From an uncultured delta proteobacterium (GTDB lineage Bacteria > Myxococcota > Myxococcia > Myxococcales > Anaeromyxobacteraceae): 64,000 nucleotides of DNA. Numbering within the stretch: the stretch's first letter is position 1; each line of letters starts with the position of its first letter. Position numbers and translations under genes: made by a program. Shown here one piece after another: positions 53,323 to 62,659 of this stretch. The notes under the pieces are model-generated. The model saw nothing but the letters and a program-made list of their open reading frames with translations, was not told the origin of the DNA and did not search any database. The stretch is from NCBI GenBank assembly GCA_963828255.1, contig CAWHDZ010000015.1, positions 128,001 to 192,000 of the forward strand, read 5' to 3'.

Positions 53323-54995
53323 GCGCGCTCCCCCTCCTGGCGTTGCTCCTCGCGGCGGGTTCGCCTGAGCAGGCGCAAGCCCCCGTCCCTCCGGCGCCGG
53401 CTGCCGTCGCGGCCCCCGTCGGCGCCCCGACGGCGCCCGTCGCCCCGGTGGCCCGCCGTGTCGAGGGGAAGGTGACCTTCGCCACCGCCACCACCGTCTA
53501 CCTCGACGCCGGCGCCCTGGAAGGGCTGACCATCGGCCAGGTCATCCAGGTCACGCGCGCCGCCCAGCCCGTCGGTACATGTACGGTGCGTGAACTGGCC
53601 GACCACTCCTCCACCTGCACGGGGCAGGGGGTCCGCGTCGGGGATCGTTTCACGGCGGACACGACGGTGCCCGGCGCGCCCGTGGTGGCCAAGATGGCCC
53701 CCGTCCCCACCGAGGACGAGCTGGACAGCCGCAACGCCATCCTGGTCGGGACCCCGGTGGCGCTGGTCGAGTCGAAGGCGAAGGCCCGCGACGTCGTGAT
53801 CGGCCAGCTCCCCAGCATCCGGGGAGATCTGGGATACGCGGTCTGGCTCGCCAGCCCGTCGGGGCCGGGGGACTCGCAGCGAATGCAGCTCGACGTCCAG
53901 GTGAACGGACTCGACGCCTTCGCCGGGTTCAAGTTCTTCGCCGACGCGCGCCTTTTACAATGGACCCAGCGGGACGAGACGTACGTGCCGGGATCCGCGA
54001 CCCAGTTGCTGGTCTACGACCTGGAGCTCTCCCAGCGCGACCCGAAGAGGAGCTGGAGCGCCGCCTTCGGACGGGTCATGCCCTGGTTCGCCCCCGGCTC
54101 GACGGTCTTCGACGGCGCCCAGGGCGGGCTGCGGTTCGGCCGGACCGAGGTCGGCGTCTTCGGGGGCGTGGTCCCGGATCCCTACACCACCGAGCCGACC
54201 CTCAACCGGTACACCGGCGGCGTCTACGTCAACTTCGAGGCCCCCCTGGGATCCACGCTGCTCTCCGGCAGCGCGCGCGGCGCGGTGGTGCAGAACCCCG
54301 CCGTGCTCCGCCACTACGAGGGGGAGCTCCTGCTGAACTACTGGGCGGGCGGCGTCTTCAGCGCCTCCGGCAACCTGCGCATGGGGTTCGGCGACGTTCA
54401 CGCGCCGTCCTACATCGACGCGGCCCGCCTGGCGCTCAGCATCCGGCCCGTCCCCATCTTCTGGATCTCGGGCGGCTTCTCCTACTGGGGACTCGCGATG
54501 CCGAACGACGAGCCCATCGCCACCTACCCCGGTCCCTCCCGCCGGGCCGACGGCTCGATCGGCGTGGACGCGACCCCCTGGCTGCGCATCGCCGGCCTGG
54601 GAGGTTGGGTGGACGACCTGACGTCCGGCCTGTCCCACACCTACGTGGGGCCCGAGGTGACCTTCACGAAGGTGCTGGCCGGCCTCTCCTTCGGCTACCT
54701 GAAGGACCTGGGATGGGTGGAGGGGCAGAGCGCCTGGGGGCAGATCGGCTGGGCCCCCGCACCGGGAGCGCGACTCACCGGCCGGGCCTCCTGGTTCCAG
54801 ACCACCCAGACCGTCGGCGGGGTGTCGAACTCCGCGCCGGCGAACGACGCCGGCCTCACCCTGAACGGGACGGTCGGGCTGACCCGCTGGCTCTCGCTCC
54901 GGGCGTCGGTGATGGTGCGGGCCGGGATCGACAACTTCGAGGCGTCGGTGCCATTCGGGACGGCGGCGAACGTGTTCCTCGTCGGCACCTACTGA
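53319..54995 (+). CDS. Putative outer-membrane beta-barrel protein with small N-terminal soluble domain
   Basis: Signal peptide; alternating amphipathic strands rich in G/Y/F/W; C-terminus ANVFLVGTY ending in an aromatic residue. Confidence 0.7.
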   Translation: MSALPLLALLLAAGSPEQAQAPVPPAPAAVAAPVGAPTAPVAPVARRVEGKVTFATATTVYLDAGALEGLTIGQVIQVTRAAQPVGTCTVRELADHSSTCTGQGVRVGDRFTADTTVPGAPVVAKMAPVPTEDELDSRNAILVGTPVALVESKAKARDVVIGQLPSIRGDLGYAVWLASPSGPGDSQRMQLDVQVNGLDAFAGFKFFADARLLQWTQRDETYVPGSATQLLVYDLELSQRDPKRSWSAAFGRVMPWFAPGSTVFDGAQGGLRFGRTEVGVFGGVVPDPYTTEPTLNRYTGGVYVNFEAPLGSTLLSGSARGAVVQNPAVLRHYEGELLLNYWAGGVFSASGNLRMGFGDVHAPSYIDAARLALSIRPVPIFWISGGFSYWGLAMPNDEPIATYPGPSRRADGSIGVDATPWLRIAGLGGWVDDLTSGLSHTYVGPEVTFTKVLAGLSFGYLKDLGWVEGQSAWGQIGWAPAPGARLTGRASWFQTTQTVGGVSNSAPANDAGLTLNGTVGLTRWLSLRASVMVRAGIDNFEASVPFGTAANVFLVGTY

Positions 54996-55063
54996 CCGCG
55001 GCTGGGGCGCGGTCGTGCGGGGGCGGGCGGGTGCTCCGCAGGCGGGCGGCGCTGCAGGCGGAT

Positions 55064-55431
55064 CGCCTTCGTTCCGGGAGGCCGGCTGGGGAAGCCCGGG
55101 CCGAAGGCGACGCGAACAGCGCGCCTCGTGGGGAGATCCGGGCGCCCACTCGCGGACGGCGTCCCGCGGGCGGTGAGGACGGGACCGCCGGGAACGCGTT
55201 CGCCTGGCCGTCATGGGAACTGCGACACACTCGCGGACCGAGTGAGCCCGGCCCGTGCCCGCGATCGCCACTCCGAGCGGCGCCTCCGCACCGGGCGCCG
55301 GGAACCGGCGATGCTCTGGCCCGGCGTGCCCCGGCGCCACCAGAGCCGCGAACGCCACCGCCGGGAGGACAAGCGCCGCGGAGAGTGGTGTCCCAGCGCC
55401 CGGCGGCAGCCGGCCTCCCGGAACGAAGGCG
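55064..55431. repeat. 368-bp non-coding element bounded by perfect 25-bp inverted repeats (MITE-like or structured RNA)
   Basis: CGCCTTCGTTCCGGGAGGCCGGCTG (55064-55088) is the exact reverse complement of CAGCCGGCCTCCCGGAACGAAGGCG (55407-55431). Confidence 0.75.
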
Positions 55432-55448
55432 CCTCGCGCGACGCCGCC

Positions 55449-56573
55449 CTACTTCCCGCGGGAGAACTCCTCCATGAACGTCGCCAGCGCATCGACCCAC
55501 TCGAACGGCACGGCGTTGTACGTGGACACCCGGATCCCGCCCACCGAGCGGTGACCCTTCAGCCCGACCATGCCGCGCTTCTTCGCCTCGGCGACGAACT
55601 GCTCCTCGAGGGGCTCGGTGGGGAGCCGGAAGACCACGTTCATCACGGAACGGCTCTCCCGCTCCACCGGGGAACGGTAGAAGGCAGGGTTGGCGTCGAT
55701 GGCCCCGTAGAGCCGGGCCGCCTTCCGGCGGTTCGCCGCCTCCATGGCGGGCAGACCGCCCAGCCCCTTCAGCCAGGCGAGCACGTTCCGCACCATGTAG
55801 ACGCCGAACGTGGGCGGCGTGTTGTAGAGCGACCTGTTCTCGGCGTGGGTGCGGAACTGGAAGATCTTGGGGATGTCCTTCCGCCCCTTCTCGACGAGTT
55901 CCTTCGACACGATGGCGACCACGATGCCGGAGGGGCCGATGTTCTTCTGGGCGCCGGCGTAGACGATGCCGAACTGCGACACGTCGAAGGGGCGCCAGAG
56001 GAAGTCGCTCGACATGTCGGCGACGAGCGGTGTCGCCCCGGTGCCGGGGTAGGCGCGCGACGCATCCACGTTGAACTCGATGCCGTGGATGGTCTCGTTC
56101 GACGTGAGGTGCAGGTAGGAGGCGGCCGGATCGACCTTCACCTCGGCGGGGGAGGGGACGCGGACGTAGCTCTTCTCCTTGCCGTCGCCGGTGCCGGTGG
56201 TCTGGGTCGCGACCGAGCCGCCCAGCATGGCCGCCACCACCTTGGCCTCGCCGACCGCCTTCTCGCCCCAGGCGCCGGTGACCAGGTACTGGGCCGCCTT
56301 GCCCTTCTCCATGAGGTTCATGGGGATCTGGGCGAACAGGGCCGACGCCCCACCCTGGAGGAACAGGATCTCGTGGGTGGCGGGAACGGCGAGGAGTTCG
56401 CGGAGAAGGGACAGCGCCTCGTCGTGGACCGCCTCGTACTCCTTGCCTCGGTGGCTGTGCTCCATGACCGACATGCCGCTGCCGGCGAGGTCGAGGAGTT
56501 CCTCCCGGGCCCGCTCCAGCGCGGGGAGCGGCAAGGCTGCGGGACCGGCGTTGAAGTTCATCTTGCGGGCCAT
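55449..56573 (-). CDS. serC: Phosphoserine aminotransferase
   Basis: [54 protein letters not shown]. Confidence 0.96.
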   Translation of the reverse strand: MARKMNFNAGPAALPLPALERAREELLDLAGSGMSVMEHSHRGKEYEAVHDEALSLLRELLAVPATHEILFLQGGASALFAQIPMNLMEKGKAAQYLVTGAWGEKAVGEAKVVAAMLGGSVATQTTGTGDGKEKSYVRVPSPAEVKVDPAASYLHLTSNETIHGIEFNVDASRAYPGTGATPLVADMSSDFLWRPFDVSQFGIVYAGAQKNIGPSGIVVAIVSKELVEKGRKDIPKIFQFRTHAENRSLYNTPPTFGVYMVRNVLAWLKGLGGLPAMEAANRRKAARLYGAIDANPAFYRSPVERESRSVMNVVFRLPTEPLEEQFVAEAKKRGMVGLKGHRSVGGIRVSTYNAVPFEWVDALATFMEEFSRGK

Positions 56574-56622
56574 GGCGTGCCTCCGTGCGGCGGGTGGGGT
56601 TCGGCTGCCGGGACGACGGCGG

Positions 56623-57291
56623 TCAGCGGGCCGGGGGGACCCCGGGGATTCCCGGGGGCGCGCCGCGCTGCCGCAGCTCGGCGATGGCGGCGCCGGCCTG
56701 GCCGGCGAAGCGCCCCGACTTGTCGGTGGCGATGACCTTGAGCCAGGCCTCCTCGGCGCGCTTCGTGTCCTTCAGGTCGTAGGCGAAGACGACGCCGATG
56801 TTCATGAGGCTCTGCATGTGGTTCGGATCGATCTGGTTCGCCTTCTGGAAGTTGGCGAGCGCCTTGTCGTACTGCCCGAGGTCCCGGTACATGACCCCCT
56901 GATCGGTGAGGACGTCGGGGTTCTTGGGGTTCAGCTCCAGCGCCTTGCCGTAGGCGTCGATGGCGGCCTGCTGCTGCTTGGTGTCGAAGTAGTCGTTGCC
57001 GAGCGAGATCCAGGCCTGGACGTCCTTGGGGTTCTGGGCCACGAGTTGCTTCGCGATGGCGATCCGCTGGTCGACTCCGGCCCCGCCGCCCGGGACGTTG
57101 GGGGCGCCGACCATCCCGCCGGGAGGCATCCCGCCACCCGGAGGCATCGCCCCCGGGGGCATCGCGCCTGGCGGCGGCATGGTGGGTACCCCGCCTGCCG
57201 GCGGGGCAATTGGAGCGGCCGTGACCGGCTCGTTCTTCTTGCATCCGACCACTGCGAGAGCGACGGCGAGGGCGACGAGCGTTCGGTTCAA
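56623..57291 (-). CDS. TPR-repeat lipoprotein with PPG(A/G)M low-complexity linker
   Basis: Lipobox [37 protein letters not shown] units. Confidence 0.8.
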   Translation of the reverse strand: MNRTLVALAVALAVVGCKKNEPVTAAPIAPPAGGVPTMPPPGAMPPGAMPPGGGMPPGGMVGAPNVPGGGAGVDQRIAIAKQLVAQNPKDVQAWISLGNDYFDTKQQQAAIDAYGKALELNPKNPDVLTDQGVMYRDLGQYDKALANFQKANQIDPNHMQSLMNIGVVFAYDLKDTKRAEEAWLKVIATDKSGRFAGQAGAAIAELRQRGAPPGIPGVPPAR

Positions 57292-57405
57292 GGTGGTGTT
57301 TCCTCCAGGGGGCCAGGGCGGTCCTCGCCCTCGATCTCGCGGCGCAGTCTAGCCCGATGGCCGCCGGATTCAAGGACGGTCCCGGGAGTCGTATCATGGC
57401 CGGGA

Positions 57406-58662
57406 TTGACCCCACCGAGCCTCGTCCTCGCCGACCTGCGCCCCCGCACCGCGGCCCTCGCCGCGCTCTCCGGCGCCGTCGAGGCACGACCGGAGTCGGC
57501 GGGGGTCAGCGTCCGCTTCGCCGGCCCTGGCGAGGACCTGCGCACCGCCATCCGCGATGCCACCAGGGAGGGGCCGGTTGTCGTGGGCTGGTCGCTCACC
57601 TCTCCCGGCCGCCACGCAGCCGCGGCAGCGCTGCGCGAGGCGAGGGGCACCGCGGGTAGCGGCGACCGGGTCCTCCACCTGGCCGGGGGGCCGCACCCCA
57701 CGGCCGACCCGGAGGGCACCCTCGGCCTGGGCTTCGACCTGGCCGGGATCGGGGAGGGGGAGGAGACCCTGGTCGGGCTCCTGCGGCGGGTCGCCAGCGG
57801 GGAGGACCCACGGGGTCCCGGGCTCGCCTGGATGGAGGGCGGGCGTCTGCGCCGTGGGGCGCCTGCGCCGCCGGTGGACCTGGACGCGTGCCCGCCCTTC
57901 CCGGACCGGCTGCCGCGGCTCGGCCCGATCGAGATCACCCGGGGCTGCGTCCACGCCTGCCGCTTCTGCCAGACCACCCACCTCCACGGCGGCCGGGTCC
58001 GGCACCGGTCGGCCGGGAGGATCGCCGAGGCGGCGCGCCAGGTGGCGCTGCGGGGAGGGCGGGATGTCCGCTTCGTCACCCCGAGTGCGCTGGCCTGGGG
58101 CTCCGACGACGGCCGCCCCCGCCTCGAGGCCATCGAGGAACTCCTGTCGCGGGTTCGCGAGGCCGCCGGCGCCGGCGCGCGGATCTGGTTCGGCACCTTC
58201 CCCTCCGAGGTGCGCCCGGAGCACGTCACCCCCGAGGCGGTCCGGCTGCTGCGCCGCCACGTCGCCAACGACCACCTGGCCATCGGCGCGCAGTCGGGGT
58301 CGGACGCCGTGCTCGAGGCCTGCCACCGCGGTCACCGCGCCGAGGACGTCCGCCGCGCGGTGCGGCTCACGCTCGAGGCCGGGTTCCGCGCCAAGGTGGA
58401 CCTCATCTTCGGCCTCCCGGGCGAGACGCCGGACGATGCCGCGGAATCCCGCGCCATGGCGGTGGAGCTTGCGGAGGCCGGAGCCGAGATCCACGCGCAC
58501 GTTTTCCTGCCGCTCCCCGGAACGCCCTGGGCGGGAGCGGCTCCCGGGCGGATCGACGGCGCGACGCGGGAACTGCTGGCCCGCCTGGCCGGGAGGGGGC
58601 GCCTGTCCGGGGCATGGAGGCGCCAGGAGCGGATGGCGGCGACGGACGGCGGGCCCGGCTAG
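57406..58662 (+). CDS. B12-binding-domain radical SAM protein (TIGR04013-like)
   Basis: AGGPHPTA, GEGEE, IEITRGCVHACRFCQT, GTFPSEVRPE, GAQSGS, DLIFGLPGE, FLPLPGTP; TTG start inferred. Confidence 0.8.
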   Translation: MTPPSLVLADLRPRTAALAALSGAVEARPESAGVSVRFAGPGEDLRTAIRDATREGPVVVGWSLTSPGRHAAAAALREARGTAGSGDRVLHLAGGPHPTADPEGTLGLGFDLAGIGEGEETLVGLLRRVASGEDPRGPGLAWMEGGRLRRGAPAPPVDLDACPPFPDRLPRLGPIEITRGCVHACRFCQTTHLHGGRVRHRSAGRIAEAARQVALRGGRDVRFVTPSALAWGSDDGRPRLEAIEELLSRVREAAGAGARIWFGTFPSEVRPEHVTPEAVRLLRRHVANDHLAIGAQSGSDAVLEACHRGHRAEDVRRAVRLTLEAGFRAKVDLIFGLPGETPDDAAESRAMAVELAEAGAEIHAHVFLPLPGTPWAGAAPGRIDGATRELLARLAGRGRLSGAWRRQERMAATDGGPG

Positions 58663-58683
58663 AACCCCGGGCGGAGGTCTCCC

Positions 58684-59097
58684 GTGGCCGAGCTGAAGAC
58701 GAAGAAGACCCGCGCCAGCGTGGCGGCGTTCCTCTCGGCAATCCCGGATCCCGATCGTCGCAAGGACGCACGGGCTGTGGCGGCGCTCCTCCGCCGCGTC
58801 ACCGGGGAGCGGCCCGCGCTGTGGGGCACGAACATCGTCGGGTTCGGGCAACGCAAGCTCCGGTACGCGTCGGGAAGGGAGCTCGACTGGCCGGTGGCCG
58901 CCTTCGCCTCGCGGGCCGACCGCATCACCCTCTATCTCGCCTGCGAGCTCTCGCGGCACCGCGCCCTCCTCGCCCGGCTGGGGAGGCACACGAAGGGGAA
59001 GGGCTGCCTGCACCTCCGGCGGCTCTCCGACGTCGACCCCGAGGTGCTCGAGGAGCTGGTGCGGAGCGCGGTCGCCGACGGGGGCTCCAGAGGTTGA
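58684..59097 (+). CDS. DUF1801/YdhG-like protein
   Basis: KTKKTRASV, LWGTNIVGFG, YASGR, LGRHTKGKGCL. Confidence 0.8.
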   Translation: MAELKTKKTRASVAAFLSAIPDPDRRKDARAVAALLRRVTGERPALWGTNIVGFGQRKLRYASGRELDWPVAAFASRADRITLYLACELSRHRALLARLGRHTKGKGCLHLRRLSDVDPEVLEELVRSAVADGGSRG

Positions 59098-59229
59098 AAC
59101 GAGAGGCGCGCGGGAACTGGGCCGGCTCGCACTGTCCGTTGAGTCGTGGCAGGGTTCGGCGGATGCCGTCCTTCAATGTCGCGCTGCCGTCGGGAGCCCC
59201 TGACGTTCGCCGCCGGGTCACACCCCTCG

Positions 59230-59688
59230 TCAAGTCCCCCGAGCGGTATCGCTCGCGCCCTCCTCCATGCGCTCCTTCAGGTTGCGGACGGTCAACTCCG
59301 CCTCGCGCTCGTTGAGCCGCCGGACGAACGGGGCGGCCAGCCGGCCCAGCAGCGCCCCGGGGATCTCGTACTCGACTTCCGAGCTGAAGTCGGTCCCCTG
59401 GCCGTGCGGCCGGAACTCCCAGCGGATCGAGTGGGGAATGCCTCCTCTCGCCTTCACGATGTGAAGCCGGTTGCGCTCCGCCTCGACCGTCCGGGTGTGG
59501 CCGTGGAATTTCACGCCGGCCATCTTGTAGGTCCAGTCGTACTCGCTCGATCCGTCCGGCTCCGTGTGCACGTTCGACACCTCGATGAGGCTCGGCCAGA
59601 TCTCGGGCAGGTGCGCCGGATCCAGCATGTACTCGAACACCTTCGACGTAGGTGCCTCGATGAAGATCTCCTTCCGGACTCTTTCCAT
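59230..59688 (-). CDS. SRPBCC (START/polyketide cyclase-like) family protein
   Basis: KEIFIEAPTSKVFEY..DP..LPEIWP, YEIPGALLG, NLKERME. Confidence 0.8.
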   Translation of the reverse strand: MERVRKEIFIEAPTSKVFEYMLDPAHLPEIWPSLIEVSNVHTEPDGSSEYDWTYKMAGVKFHGHTRTVEAERNRLHIVKARGGIPHSIRWEFRPHGQGTDFSSEVEYEIPGALLGRLAAPFVRRLNEREAELTVRNLKERMEEGASDTARGT

Positions 59689-59847
59689 GGCGGACTCCTC
59701 CTGCGTTCCAGGCTCCGCCTCCATCGCGGAAGGGGCAACCCGGGGATCCGGGGCGCATGGGTTCACCTGCGAGGGTGAACCCGGGCGGGGGCCGCCCAGG
59801 GGTCGTGGTGAAGTCCTCGCTCCTCCACGACGGGGGGCGAGAGAGAT

Positions 59848-60591
59848 GGAGTCCCCATCGATGCGATCTCCGACGAGCTCGTCCAGCGTCTCAAGGGCGA
59901 TCTCGTCGAGAACCAGCGGAACAGCAAGACCATCAACAACGTGCTCACCGCCCTCTCGGTCATGCTGAAGCGCGCGGCGGACTGGAAGGTCATCGATGCA
60001 ATGCCCTGCCGGATCAAGCTCCTCAAGTACGAGCGGACCGAGGTCTCGTTTTACGACTTCGCCGACTACGAGAAGCTCTTACAGGGCGCAGCGGCCCTCG
60101 ATGTCCGCATCGAGCTGCTCGTGCTCCTGGGCGGAGGCGCGGGCCTGCGCCGTGGAGAGGCCATCGCAGTGGAGTGGAGCGACGTCGACCAGAAGCGGAG
60201 CGTCCTGCACGTGCAGCGCAGCGAGTGGGACGGCCACGTGACCACGCCCAAGGGCGGCCGATCCCGGCGAGTGCCGATGACGGCTCGCCTGGCTGCCGCC
60301 CTCAAGGCCCATCGTCACCTCCGGGGCTCCCGAGTTCTCTGCCACGAGAATGGGGACGCCATCGGCAGGCAGGCCGTGCACGAGTGGATGGAGAAGGCCC
60401 AGCGACGGGCTGGCCTAAAGGTCACGGGCGCGTATCACATCCTCCGCCACACCTTCTGCTCGCACCTCGCGATGCAGGGCGCGACGGCGAAGGCCATCCG
60501 GCTGCTCGACCGGAGGCCGACCGGCGAATCCGTTGGAGACGGTTTGGAGACGGGCTCCGGGCCGGAGACGAAGTCGAGGGAAGTTCCGTAG
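59848..60591 (+). pseudogene. Truncated tyrosine recombinase/integrase
   Basis: SKTINNVL, GLRRGEA (catalytic R), TPKGG (K), HILRHTF (HxxR); no N-terminus or start; the segment with the catalytic His and Tyr is missing. Confidence 0.8.
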
Positions 60592-60596
60592 TTGAG

Positions 60597-60672
60597 TGGT
60601 GAGGCGCCCGGGAATCGAACCCGGAACCACCGGCTTAAAAGGCCGATGCTCTGCCAGTTGAGCTAGCGCCTC
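60597..60672 (-). tRNA. tRNA-Lys(UUU)
   Basis: GAGGCGCTAGCTCAACTGGCAGAGCATCGGCCTTTTAAGCCGGTGGTTCCGGGTTCGATTCCCGGGCGCCTCACCA: 76 nt cloverleaf, anticodon TTT, encoded CCA. Confidence 0.97.
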
Positions 60673-60847
60673 GTCCGAACTGTTCTACCAACTACCGGAC
60701 CTGTTTTCCCGTCCGCCGACCTGACCGCGTCGCGGACGCTCCGGACCGCCTGCCGGCCTGCCTTCTCGCCGCCGCCGAGGAGTGGCGCGCCGCCTCCGTG
60801 GCCCGTCCATCGCAAACGCCTCCCGGACCCCGTCCGAGGAGGCACAC

Positions 60848-62269
60848 ATGTTCCCGAATGTCCTTTCCGCAAGCATCCCTTCGAGCGTCGACTGGAATCC
60901 ACCCGGGCCCCTCGACACCGCGCCTCTCCAGGCAGTGGCGCCCCGGACCGGGGCAGATCCGATCTCGCTGGCCGGCCTCGCCGCCTGCGTCGAGGAGGCC
61001 CAGGTCACGGCCCTCTCGCCCCGGACCAGCCCCCCCGACCCGACGTTCTTCTCCTCCCTCCGCGCCCGGCTGTCGAAGGCCTGCGCGAGCCTCCCGGAGG
61101 CCTACCGATCGGCGGTCGGCGAGCCCCTCCTCCGCAGGCTCGACGACATGGGGCCGGGAGGGTTCGCCCGGCTCCTCTCGATGGACCCGGGGCGGACGGG
61201 GCCGGCCCGGCTCCTGCTCGACGTGGCGCAGGCGGTTCTCCAGAAGGGAGAGGGCTACCAGGAACGCGCCACGTCCGCATTCCAGGAGGTGGTGAGCGAC
61301 CTCTACGAGGGATTCCTCTCCGCCGAGGACCGGCGCGGCGTCCGGCCCCCGGATCACGGCGTCACCCCACCGCTCGTGCGCTGGGGGGAGGCCGAGAGCG
61401 GCCCCTACACCTGGCCCGCCTCCGCCGCCGAGACGTTCGGCGTGGAGGCCGCGGTCGTGAGCCTGCCCGCGGCCAACGCCACGGGCGGGCTCCTCGCCTG
61501 GCCGGCGCTGGCCCACGAGACCGCCGGGCACGACATCCTCGCGGCCGACGACGGACTCCGCGAGGAGCTTTCGCGCGCCGTGAAGAAGAAGGTCCTGGCG
61601 AAGGAGATCGACCCGGCCGTGGCGGCCTACTGGTCGGAGCGGGTGGACGAGGCTGCGGCGGACGTCCTCGGGGTCCTCAACATGGGGCCAGCCGCTGCGG
61701 TCGGGATGCTGGGCTACTTCCGCGCGCTCAACGGCGCCTGGCGCGGGGTTCCCGAACTGCGCAGCGCGGGGAGGGAGGAGGACCCGCACCCCGCGGACAT
61801 CGCGCGCGCCTACCTGGCGGCCGAGACGGTCCGGCTTCTCTCGTTCGAGGGGGCGGCCCGGTGGGCCGACCGGTTGGCGGCGGAGGCCGACCGCGACCTC
61901 GGGACGGTCCGCCTGGGCGACGTGACGGTCCCGGCCGGAGTCGCCCGGGCGTCGGCTGCCGCGGTCGCGCAGGCCATCGTGCGGACCCGGGTGCGGTCGC
62001 TGGAGGGTCACTCGCTCGGGGAGATCCAGGACTGGACCGACAGGGACGAGGCCATCGTCGCGACCCTGCGCGGGGAGATGGGTGGTCCCGGAGCGGGAGG
62101 GCGCGCGCCCGGGAAATACGTGAAGGGGGCCTACGCAGCCCACGCGGTGGCGGCGGCGGTGTACGAGGCTGCCGCCGGAGGTTCGAGCCCGGTCGAGGTG
62201 ATGGACAGGATGGTGGGAGTCCTGGCGGCGATGCACGACCGGAACCCCGACTGGAAGGCGGACGTCTAG
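60848..62269 (+). CDS. Hypothetical protein with HExxGH putative zinc-binding motif
   Basis: GAGGAGG RBS before ATG 60848; LAHETAGHDIL, later DEAAADVLG and DPHP; no signal peptide seen. Confidence 0.65.
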   Translation: MFPNVLSASIPSSVDWNPPGPLDTAPLQAVAPRTGADPISLAGLAACVEEAQVTALSPRTSPPDPTFFSSLRARLSKACASLPEAYRSAVGEPLLRRLDDMGPGGFARLLSMDPGRTGPARLLLDVAQAVLQKGEGYQERATSAFQEVVSDLYEGFLSAEDRRGVRPPDHGVTPPLVRWGEAESGPYTWPASAAETFGVEAAVVSLPAANATGGLLAWPALAHETAGHDILAADDGLREELSRAVKKKVLAKEIDPAVAAYWSERVDEAAADVLGVLNMGPAAAVGMLGYFRALNGAWRGVPELRSAGREEDPHPADIARAYLAAETVRLLSFEGAARWADRLAAEADRDLGTVRLGDVTVPAGVARASAAAVAQAIVRTRVRSLEGHSLGEIQDWTDRDEAIVATLRGEMGGPGAGGRAPGKYVKGAYAAHAVAAAVYEAAAGGSSPVEVMDRMVGVLAAMHDRNPDWKADV

Positions 62270-62610
62270 GCGCGAGCCCGGGCCACCGCAACCGCCGCCA
62301 GCGCAGGAACCGGCTCGTCCTCCGAGTGGCTCCGGCCGTCGGCCTCGACACGTGCGAACCAGCGCGCGGCGCGCCCCTTCAGCTCACGCCAGCGCTGGTC
62401 CTCCGGCGAGGCCCCGGGGATCGCGGCTCCGGAGGCGCGCGGCGACGCGGCCACCCTGCGGCCGAGCGCCCCGCGCTCGAAGACCTCGCCGTAGGCGGAG
62501 CAGAGGGTCCGCTTGCAGAACGGACACTGGTAGTAACGGGTGGGGGAGCCGGCGGCGCACCAGCTCGTCATCAGGACGCCGCACTGCGTGCACTCCACGA
62601 GCGATTCCAT
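62266..62610 (-). CDS. Small hypothetical protein with CxxC...CxxC zinc finger
   Basis: MESLVECTQCG...YYQCPFCKR. Confidence 0.55.
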   Translation of the reverse strand: MESLVECTQCGVLMTSWCAAGSPTRYYQCPFCKRTLCSAYGEVFERGALGRRVAASPRASGAAIPGASPEDQRWRELKGRAARWFARVEADGRSHSEDEPVPALAAVAVARARA

Positions 62611-62659
62611 TTGCCATCCGTTGATATCGGCCCATGATCCACCCGTCAAGAATCCAGCC

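Noticed and set aside
55064..55431. RNase P RNA or tmRNA as the identity of the IR-bounded element (similar size, paired ends)
   Set aside because: No GAGGAAAGUCC-type RNase P core and no tRNA-like GGGG.../...CCA ends on either strand.
59800..59815. GTGGTGA match to the tRNA-Lys 3' end as a second att site
   Set aside because: Only 7 bp; not distinguishable from chance.
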